Origin: Lytechinus pictus
Taxonomy: Eukaryota
Reading direction: 5' to 3'
DNA length: 64,000 nucleotides
Assembly: GCF_037042905.1 (NCBI RefSeq)
Contig: NC_087251.1
Location: 14,944,001-15,008,000, forward strand
In this document: positions 28,101 to 39,100 of the stretch, in pieces
Layout: each line of letters begins with the position of its first letter
Numbering within the stretch: the first letter of the stretch is position 1
Translations under genes and position numbers: made by a program
The notes under the pieces: model-generated
The model's database searches: none
Told to the model about the DNA's origin: nothing
What the model saw: the letters and a program-made list of their open reading frames with translations, nothing else

Positions 28101-30094
28101 ACCAATGAAAAATGTAGTAAATTTCTTGACCATAGCAGTGTGAGACCAGAACGTCAGAAAAAGAATAGCACAAGTAAAACATTTTGGCAATTCGTCTCTG
28201 GGCTGTTTAAACCTTGCATCTCAAAATAAAAATATTTTGATGACAGCTCAGAATAAGCTTCATTTTTTTTGTGATAACATAGGTAGCAACCTGCTTTTTC
28301 CTAGAAAGATTTTTTTACAGTTAACAGGAGAATGTTATCATACAATATAAGATGATCACCATTGCCATATTTCTAAAATACAGCTTGTTCTATGTTGCCC
28401 TCAAAATTTTTAAATTTTGAGATACAAGGTTTTAACAACCCAGCCATGAATTATTAGTTCCCTATCGTATTCACCGCAGCTATATTAACGGATTTAAACT
28501 GCTGTTCGTAATATCAACCACAAAATCCAATAATGATTATCTGATGCTTACAGAGTTTTCAAGTTTGGCACTCCATTCATATATAGCAATGCAGTGCAAA
28601 TCTAGGCATAGGCATATTTGTAAGGCTGTTTCTTTGCATACGCATAATTTTTAGCAAAATCTGAGTGTAATTTTCATTGATAAGCTGAGGTAATCACTAG
28701 TCATGTCTGATCTCTACAGTAATAATTTCTGACATATCCTGAGCAATTTGTACTAGATAAATGAAGAAAATATTTAGATATCATTTATGCATATCCCATG
28801 TTGATAGCATCATGCAATGAAATTATATGGCCTCTAGCCTGGGTAGAAAATAATTTTCAGGTACATAACCAACTATAATTGATACAGTATTGTATTTTTA
28901 CACTTAATCCTGTCCCAAATATAAACCAATTTCAGAGCGATAATTTGTCAACTCATCAGCATAATACCAAACAGGAGCTTTTAACAACACTTTCGTGTAG
29001 CTGATTACAGCAAGAAGATAGTTGGTAACTTATTCTGAAGTTGAAATGTGATTAAATGGCAAACCCAAGTGAAATAGGCTCGGAAGAACGCATTTGAGAA
29101 GCAAAACATCCAACCAGTGGGCCTGGAAAGAATAGACTAGGTAAAGGATTGGAGGGGCACAGCACTGCAAGAACACAATGGCTTGCCCTTCCAATCTTAT
29201 GTCCACTCAGTTACATGTAATTCAGGCACCACTGCATCTAACTCCAAGCAGAAGAATTGGTGATAGATGAAAAGACAAAAGCAAAAGATGAGGTTGAAAA
29301 TTAATGAAGAATTTCAATTTAAAAAAAAAATTGCAATATGTACAACCTGTGGGCAACCTGTTGACATATATATTGCTGTTATAGCTCTGTCCTATTTTGC
29401 AATATATTTGCATCAGTAAGGTTTTTTTTCTCCAATTTTGGAGAAGAAACAGACCAACATTCAACAAAAACACCAATAAAATTGAAGTCTACTTCACTAC
29501 TAACAACTTCATATGCAGCTCATGAATATGCATGTAGAAGGAAGAGATATATATATATTTCAGGTACCTGCATAATAAAAATAACAATCTTTAAATGATT
29601 ACCATCATAAACAGCAGACATGTTTCAATTTGTGTCCACTCCCTAGAGCAGAAGAGATAGAAAATGAATAATATTACTGGAAGTACAAAAGACCACGTCA
29701 TGTCTCCTCTTATCGAGATCAGTTCACTATTATTCTTTGTACATCAAGAAATTTGTCCCACATCACAAAGCTTTATAGCAACTGATTGTCAAACCCAATT
29801 ACTTTAAACTGTCTGTATTATTTGAATGTTTCCATGGTGATGGTAGCTTTGATGGTTTATTGTCCAATGAAAGGGGATTTGGTTGACCCTTGAAAAGAAT
29901 TAAGTGTCCAGCTTTAAGTTGATAGGGTTTACTTGCAAACGATTCAAGCAAATACAATCAGTTGCTATTTTTTGTGTTTCCGGGCCTAGGTGAGACTTTG
30001 CGATCAATTTATCTTATGCATGACTATCTGTACACTGCCCCTGGGGGCACACGCTGCATTGGTTGAAAGTATTTATAAGGTTCAAAGGTCAAGA

Positions 30095-30138
30095 CTAGGT
30101 CTCATCCTCTTCTTCTGTTCTTGAACTCGGTGATGTAC
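30095..30138 (-). CDS. MACROD: MacroD probable terminal coding exon
   Basis: tttttacag acceptor, phase 1 match, [14 protein letters not shown]. Not conserved, so less certain. Confidence 0.6.
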
Positions 30139-33100
30139 CTGTAAAAAGGTCATACATGTAAATAAGGTCAAAATATAAGTTGGAGATGATATAAAAATAT
30201 AGGCATTTAGACTATTGGATAATTCATTGATCTAGGGGTAATTCACTAATATCTTAGATAAATATAAAAAAATGCTCATGGGCTCAATATCATTCTGACA
30301 ACCATAAGAAATATTGTACATTGATAAAAAATTCTGCATTAATGAGTGAATGATTTGACAAAATTTACAACAAATAATTTTATAAATTTGCACAAATAGA
30401 TTCATAATTTGAAAAATTTGTTAATAATAGAATAGCTTAATGAATTTTGCATTAAAAAAAATTGTGCCCACATTTCATAGACACATAGACAGGCATTCAT
30501 AATCATGATTCCTGGTCTCAGTGCCTTTTTTTTCCACATCACATCCCATGGACATGCAAATGGTTGGTAAGTGTTTTTCAAAGGGTTTTGCTGCATATCT
30601 ATTATGTCTATTATAAAATTGTGATTTGCATCCTAATCAAGTGATTGGCTGAAATCTATCACATGACCAGACATTTACAGGCCTCTACAAAAAAAAAATT
30701 AATCACTTGCCCTGTCGGGCAAGTGATAAAAAAATTTGCTTGCCCGATAGACAAAACTGCTTGCCCGATTTTTTTTCAAAAATTCTTTTGCTCTTAATTA
30801 TTCTTTTCTGTCCTGGCTGAACTTGATTTACTGGCGCTGCCCTTTGCATTTCTTTTTCTTGACTCTTGTTCAAGTTGTTCTGGCCTTCATTCTTGGAAAG
30901 AAAGAAGAAAACAGGAAGGAAGGAAGAAAGGGAAAGAAAGTATAAGGGAAAAGAATAAGGACAAAATGAAATAAATAATGAAAGAAAGAAAGGAGGAAAG
31001 AGAGGGAGGAAAGAATGAAGGGAGGCCAGAATGAAAAAAAAAAGAAAATAATGGAAGGAAAGATAGAACGAAAATAAAAACGAGTGGAAGGGAGAAGGAA
31101 TGAAGGAAATAAAAAAAAGGAAATGTAATAAAGAAGGAAAGAAAGAAAATGAACAGAGAGAGGGAGAGAGAAAGGATCAGGAAATAAAAATAGATATGTA
31201 ACAAAAACGGGCAAGAAGGAAAGATAGAAGGATAGAAAAGAAAGAAAGAGGAAAAAGTTCAAACTTCAAGCAAATAAAAACAATCCAATCATATAACAAA
31301 AATCCTAATGATATTTGGTGTTTCTTTTATATATTTGTAAAATAAAATAAAAACTAAAATGTTTTAGAAATGAATAAAATACGGGACGTCTGGTCCTGGC
31401 CGAGTCATTCCGAAGCTTGCATGCATTCAGCGCGATCTAGCCCGAGACTCGGCTGGCGCGATCGCTCGTGTACGTCCGTACATGCGCTCAGAGGGCGAGA
31501 GAGGGGTTTCCCCAGCTAGCTCCTTCGTCGATTAGTTGCGCATGCGCACATTGTAGTTCAGAAAGTAAGATGGCAGCCTCCATCGAACGGGACCGCTGGC
31601 GATAAATTGTCGCCTTTTGTCGGTAAATTGGCGCTGATTTGACATGTTTCCACTGTTTTTTGACTGGTATGACATTGTATGAGAGATAATTGGCCGATAA
31701 TTGCAATTGATCAAAAAATTATTAAACTTTACTGTCAATTTATCTTGTTCATTTTCAAAACAACCACTTGCCCGATCGGGCAATTGACTTTGAGAAATGC
31801 TTGCCCGCACGTCATTTTCACTTGCCCCAGGCAAGCGGGTTTGTCGCGCCCTGCATTTAATTTAACTATTTCACAAGAATTTTGCTTAAGACTGGTACTA
31901 ATGACTGGTACTAATGACTGTTACTACGGACTGGTACTAGTGACTGGTACCAATGACTGGTACTAATGGCTGGTACTAAGGACTGGTACTAATGACTGGT
32001 ACTAATGACTGGTACTAAGGACTGGTACTAAGGACTGGTACTAATGACTGGTACTAAAGACTGGTACTAATGACTGGTACTAATGACTGGTACTAATGGC
32101 TGGTACTAATGACTGGTACTAAGGACTGGTACTAATGACTGGTACTAAAGACTGGTACTATTGACTGGTACTAATGACTAGTTTCATCGACTGGTCATGG
32201 TTTTTAGATGAGGCTGGCTTATCAAATAAGAAGAATCCACATCACTATTTTATAAAACAAATAATACATATCATTTCACTCAGGCATTAGAACAATTATA
32301 CCCACTCATTACCTTTGAAACAGTCTAAATGCCCTCAGCTCTGCCTCGGGCATGTTAGAACTGCTCCAAATGTACCTCATGTGGGCAATTCTTATTAATG
32401 CCCTGAGTGATGTGCATTGTTTGTATATCATCTTACCTTCCAAGGGGAAGAAAGTTGGAAGCAATCTCTCATAAATCTTGAGATCTTTTTCAAGGAATAC
32501 ACAGAACACTATCCTATCCATCTGTGGATAGAAAAATAAGATTATAGGAGTAGAGGCTTAGATGTTAATTCAACATTGGTAACAGAATGACTGATGACAA
32601 AATAAAAATATGAAGAATGGGATGGAGAATGTTTGAAAGAAATTGGACAAGAAATATATGGCCATTTAAAACCTGATCACTGAAACTATGTAAATCTCAT
32701 ACTGGCAATTCGGTATCACTTTGTGGGAAGTGGTAGGGACAACAAATTTGTGATTGTTCTCCTAAGAACTTCTCCCCTCAGGAGAGTAATAAAATATAAC
32801 GTAGACAGCATGAAAAAATAATCATTTTGAAAAAGGTGAACATTTGGTTAGTTTGAGTATTGGAGCAAATGGAAAAGTTGTCTACCTACATAACAATGGT
32901 ATCACCTATGGGGCCAATATGGAGTCCCATACAAGTAGGTACGTAGAGATTACAACTTTTTGAAAATCATATCTCTTAATTTCATCAAACTCTGAAAGAA
33001 TTTAAGAAAGTTATGGCATCTTAGAGCTTTGCTTAATTCCTCTCCTCAGAACTTTACAAGCATGACATGGGTGCCATACAAGTTATCGTATGATAGGCTT

Positions 33101-36100
33101 TTCCTATTGTATTTGATTAGAAGTTTTAAATAATTCTTTAAAAATGTCAAAGGGTCTTTATAAAACTAATTGTATGTTATGCACGACTCCACAAATAACT
33201 GGAACATGTTCTTGAGTGCTACATCAGATTCCCGATCATTTTGATTCACATCTTAAGTGGAATCCAATCTTTGTAGATCAAAATCATTGTTGTGAACAGC
33301 ATGTGAATGCAAAGTTTATTTGTCAAAAATGATTTAAGGATGGCATGATGCATAGAAAATTCTGGGTTTCTCATTTAACACAAGAACATGCAACCTGCCA
33401 TGCATCAAGTTGTGCATAATTTACGAACAGCATTATGACCACCCACAATGTTTTGAATGCTTACCTCCTCATGATTTTCTTCTAGCCAATCTCTGACTGT
33501 ACCAAGGGCCACCCTACAAGCTTCTTCCTGTGGGTAACCTGAAAAATCAGAGTTTGAGAGAAAGGGATTATAAGCACAGAGAAATCTTCCCAAGTCAACA
33601 TGCTTTAAGGACGTTCCACAGTTAAAGTGAAATCCATGTCATTTACACCAAACTTTGCACATAGATACTTTAGAACCTTAATATTCGAAATATACAAAAA
33701 TTAACATAGGTCCATGTGCTTGATTTTTTGCTATAGAGCTTCAAAGTTCACCCAAATTGATGTTCTTAAGAATTGCGCATTCAAAAGAATTTGGCATTTT
33801 TAGACCTCGCAAGAATACTACAATGAGTTTAAACCTCTATTACTCAGTCAAAATACATGAAAAAGTCATCAAATTTCGCAAGAGAGTTAATAATTGTATT
33901 GTTAGAATGAAGAGTCTATTTATAGTGCTATTTGTTTGCAACTTTAAGTCTAACAGCACAGTCAGTTCTTAAAAATGGCGTAAAAGATAACAAAAACCCA
34001 ATCTCAAAAATGTGAAATTTCAATAACAGACTACAAAATTACAATAAATGCTGCACTTTATTCAAAATCCATGTCATTTTCACCAAAATTTGCAAAGTTG
34101 TAGAGGAAGCTATACCTAAGAGGTACAAACATTAAAAAATAGGGGTTCATGTGCTTGTTTTCAAACTATCAGCATTTTTATTAGAGCAAATGTGCTTTTT
34201 AAAACACCAAAAATGCGCCAAATGCGGTATCTATGTGAAGAAAAATCAAAACCACTCTACCATTTATTCAAACTCGGGGTCATATTCGTGATTCTTGGCA
34301 GTACTGCAGAGTAAAGTATTTTGAAATAGTAGAAATATTTTTTTAAATGATCCATGGAATAATTCCAGTTTTTTAGCTTCATAAAATAACGCATCGGATC
34401 TGCAGTTAGGGTGCAGATGATGAGAAAAATCAGCTCATACCCACAGCTAATTAATCACCTGTTCATCCATTGTGACGTCAGCGCGCAGTGTTAAATATGC
34501 GCAGATCATAATGCGCACAAACATAACTGTGGAACGTCCTTAAGCCAAATCAATTGGGGGGGGGGGGGGGAAGTGGAGAAAAATTGAGACCAGGGTCCTG
34601 TAACACAAAGGTTGGTGATCAATCGTACGCTTGATATTCATGATTAATTGTATATTTTCGTCTATGCAATCAATCGTTAAACAATGTTCTACAATAATTG
34701 CTAAGTTTCATGTTATGGGCCGCTGGGGAGTGTTCATCAACCTTTGTTGTCTGACAACCTTCCCTAATTTTGACTGAGTGAAAAGTTCTGTTTTCATGCT
34801 AACTGTCAGATAAAACAGACTTTGTCAGATAAAGTCCTTTCATGAAACGCTACCCTTCCTAGGCATTGATATTAGTCTTCTGAGCTAAAATTCACCTCAA
34901 CCAGATAGATTTTGTAGTCCTGATGGATTCAACTTAACCTGAACCCGACACGACAGTTAAACCTTGATAAAATACACTTCTTTGGTTTCACACACACACA
35001 AGCTGATAAAGGGATCTCCCTCAGCAACTGGGAAGTTGCCAATTTCAATCATTCATTTTCATTTCCATTCTGTTCGAATTCTAACAATCAGAATATAGTT
35101 GGATAATGTACATTGGTAGGACAAATTGAAGATGGATTCCTTAGATTGGCATGTGGGTTTTTATGAATAATTTCATTTTAAAATTGAATCAAATCGCAAA
35201 GGTAATTGTTATGTATCTACAGTTGAGGCCAGAAGTTTACATACACCCAGGAAATTCAAAGAAAAGTTGACACTTGCCAAACATCATAACATTTACTGTA
35301 TCTTATAAAATAATTGTGCTATCATGACAAATTTGATATCAAACAAATTAGTATGTCATGCCCCTTCATCTCATTGCTTTGTCATCAGGAGCTGAAAAAT
35401 ATTTAGGTGTCATTTTTCACCACAATGCAAAAGCGATTTTGTGTCTCGCCCACTTATGAAAATAACAAGAAATATTGTGATTTGCGAGGGCACGCAACAG
35501 AATTGTATCGAAACTTCATTGTAAAATGACTGGGATGGAATAACACTTGTCATTTAGAGCCTTGCACGTAAACTTTAATGTTGACCTGAAAATGACCTTT
35601 GACCTTACCATGTGACCTCCGACTGCAGCATAACATGCGGGTCGCCTAAGTACATCTTCCATCCAAGTTTTGTTGAAAAGTGACTGACGGTTGCGGAGTT
35701 AAGTGTCATAAGAGAGTCTTGCATGTAAACTTTAACGTTGACCTGAAAATGACCTTTGACCTAACCATGTGACCTCCGACTGCAGCATAACATGCAGGTC
35801 CCCCAAGTCCATCTACCATCCAAGTTTGGTTGAAAAGTGACTGACGGTTGCAGAGTTAGGTGTCATAAGAGGTCTTGCATGTAAACTTTAACGTTGACCT
35901 GAAATTGACCTTTGACCTTACCATGTGACCTCCGACTGCAGCATAATATGCAGCTCCCCCCGTCCATCTACCATCCAAGTTTGATTGAAAAGTGGCTTAC
36001 GGTTGCGGAGTTAGGTGTCATAAGAGAGTCTTGCATGTAAACTTTAACATTGACCTGAAAATGACCTTTGACCTTACCATGTGACCTCCGACTACAGCAT

Positions 36101-39100
36101 AATATCCAAGTCCACCTACCATCCAAGTTTGGTTGAAAAGCGACTTACCGTTGTGGAGTTATGTGTCATTAGGTTTGTGACGGACGGACGACATTTGGAT
36201 CCCTAAGTCTCGCCTTCACCTCTGGTGGGCGAGACAAAAAATCTTCATATTTCACACAAATTAAAAATAAAACCTTGACAAAAACATTTCATATTTGTGC
36301 TAGTTACTTCTCAACACAAACATTTCAGATCACACTTTTTGGTTCAGTGGTGACATATCATGATAGAAAATGTAATATAAATAATAGATTTGACACTTAT
36401 ATATTTCTTTGAAACGATGTTTGAAAATATAATAACAAACAATAGAATACATTTAGCATGAATATCACTTTCTTTCTTCAAAGAAAATTCCATCCAAAAT
36501 ATATTTCGATCCCAACGGCATCCCAATTAAGCGAAAGAGCTTAATAGGCTCTTTCATTTCATACCAAGTTAGTCATGGTATACAAATAATGAATGTTTAT
36601 GAGTGCAATGGACAGAATACTTCATGAGGTGAAAGATGAAAATGATCCATTCAACTCGGCTACGCCTCGTTGAATGGAACATTATTTCATCTTTCACCGA
36701 ATAAAGTATTCTGTCCATTGCACGAATGAAAAAACATTCATTATTTGGTTTATATGACACCTAAGGATTGATTTTTTTTTCAGATGAAATTTATGAATTT
36801 CGATGCAAAACCAGCTCATGCAAGGCGAGTTCGGTCTGTTGATTATTACGTCATTACAACATGCGCACTGCTGGTGCCTGCAGCTGCAGTCTCGTTGCAA
36901 TGGACAAAATCGTATGGATCCAAAATTGCACGATGAATGGATCCAAAATTGCACGGTTGATGACGTAATTGCAAAATGGGCTGAATGAACGATATCAAAC
37001 AACCAATCAAATCACAAGGATCTGTCTAGCTGTCATAATGTACAAATAATGAATGTTTATGAGTGCAATGGACAAAATACTTCATGAGGTGAAAGATGAA
37101 ATGATCCATTCAACGAGGCGTATAGTTGAATGGATCATTACAACACGCGCACTGCTGGTGCCTGAGCTGCAGTCTCCGTGCGCGCGTGCAATGGACAAAA
37201 TCGTATGGATCCAAAATTGCACGGTTGATGACGTCATTGTAAAATGGGCTGAATGAACGATATCAAACAACCAATCAAATCACAAGGATCTGTCTAGCTG
37301 TCATAATGTACAAATAATGAATGTTTATGAGTGCAATGAACAAAATACTTCATGAGGTGAAAGATGAAATGATCCATTCAACGAGGCGTATAGTTGAATG
37401 GATCATTACAACACGCGCACTGCTGGTGCCTGAGCTGCAGTCTCCGTGCGCGCGTGCAATGGACAAAATCGTATGGATCCAAAATTGCACGGTTGATGAC
37501 GTCATTGTAAAATGGGCTGAATGAACGATATCAAACAACCAATCAAATCACAAGGATCTATCTAGCTGTCATATAATAATATTTATATTTCTGAAGATAT
37601 AGTAAATTTTACGATGTTTGGCAAGCGAACAAATTTCATGGGTGTATGTAAACTTTTGGCCTCAACTGTATATCTAACAGATACACATTTTGGTCTTGTT
37701 GGTAACATGGTCTCTAGGGACACTTGCTATCCAGAGGGTACTATTTGAAGGGGGTGAGGTGGTCTGTGTCCTAAGGGGATTTCTTATCTGGAAATAACTG
37801 TTTCTGGAAGTCTTGTCATAAATTCACTGATTCAATATTCACTGATACAATATTCACAAATACAGGTAAGTAAATAAAGCATCAAGCACAAATATATACA
37901 AGTATTTATGAATGTACCACTCAAAGCATTCTGACATGAAGAGAATCATTTAAAACCCCATTTCAATAGGAATGCACATTCAATCTGCTACATACTTCAG
38001 TCAAACCTGTCTCTAAAGACCATCAAAGGGAGATAAGTAAAATGGTCTACAGCTGGGGGTGTTTCACAAAGAATAACAACAAGTATGACTTAGAGTTGCA
38101 ATTAAATGTGACGTGTACACAAAATGAAACATGCAATCTTATTGATCAATACACAGTAGTTTGTGTCCTTCTGGCATAATCTGACCAATGCTGTTATGCC
38201 TCTTATACTGCACACAACTAAGCATTTAAGTGCGACTCTAAGTCATACTTAACTCTTTGTGAAACACTCCCAGGTTTGATTGTAATACAAGAAAACATAC
38301 TCACCATACACTCCTGTTGATATACAGGGGAAGGCAACTGATCGGATCAAGGGTTCTGCTGTTTCCAAATCCTCCTGTAGCGTCTTATAATCGCTATCCC
38401 CTTCCTCTTCTGATGCTTGCCTCCCATTGGCTGAAGCATCCTCTTTGCTCTCTTTCTCTTTGGTGTCCGTCTCGTCTCTGCTCTTCCCATCACCCTTTGC
38501 AGCATCCCGTTTCCTCCTGGCTGCCTCCATCTTTGAACGGTTGTTTTTGTTGTGTTCGAGGATTTGCTGGAGGCACGTTGCATAGCAACTAGTTAGGGCT
38601 TCCCTGTGGTTTAGGCTCGGGTTGCCGTAGACGATCGGGCCCACTGTGTGAAGGACATCTGTAAACAGCACAGATGAATTTCATATTAGATGTAAAAACA
38701 AAACATGCCTTCATGATGATTTACAGATTTAAGCAATGATATATCCTAAAATCTGAAAGACATAGATATAGTGATTCAAGGAATTTTATGGAAACCTTTA
38801 ATTCCATGGATGTTTATTCATTTTATTTTAGATAGGAAACTCAAGGGAAAGGGGGGGGGGCATGACAAAGCTACATTCCTGAATTTTCAAAGCAATTCTT
38901 TATTAAAATTACAGAGGACATATGTAATTATAGGTATTATGTACTTACATCTAGCTGGAAGGAGATAACCTGCAAAAAAAAAGAGAAAATAAAAATAAAG
39001 GAAACAAATTGTTATTGTGAATAACATCAACAGATGGCAGTATAGGAATTGACAGACATACATTATATTGAAGTATCCTGAGCTTATTAACAACACAGCT

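Larger units (their letters stand above)
35220..37668. mobile_element. Tc1/mariner non-autonomous element with two nested insertions
   Basis: TA TSD, TIR cagttgaggccagaagtttacatacaccca / tgggtgtatgtaaacttttggcctcaactg (Tc1/Sleeping-Beauty-like ends), no transposase ORF. Confidence 0.85.

Noticed and set aside
30080..30170. Three AGGTCA half-sites around the last MacroD exon
   Set aside because: No canonical spacing and no full TNAAGGTCA, so compatible with chance.
31890..32180. Regular short repeat resembling a CRISPR array
   Set aside because: Contiguous 13-bp units with no unique spacers, no cas genes and a eukaryotic intron context.
32309..32436. ORF read-through as the MacroD C-terminus
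   Set aside because: A strong donor (aag/gtaaga) at 32436 and a phase-matched downstream exon exist. An intron-retaining isoform cannot be excluded.
37053..37538. Duplicated 62-67 aa ORFs
   Set aside because: Translations of the 268-bp tandem repeat with no recognisable domain.
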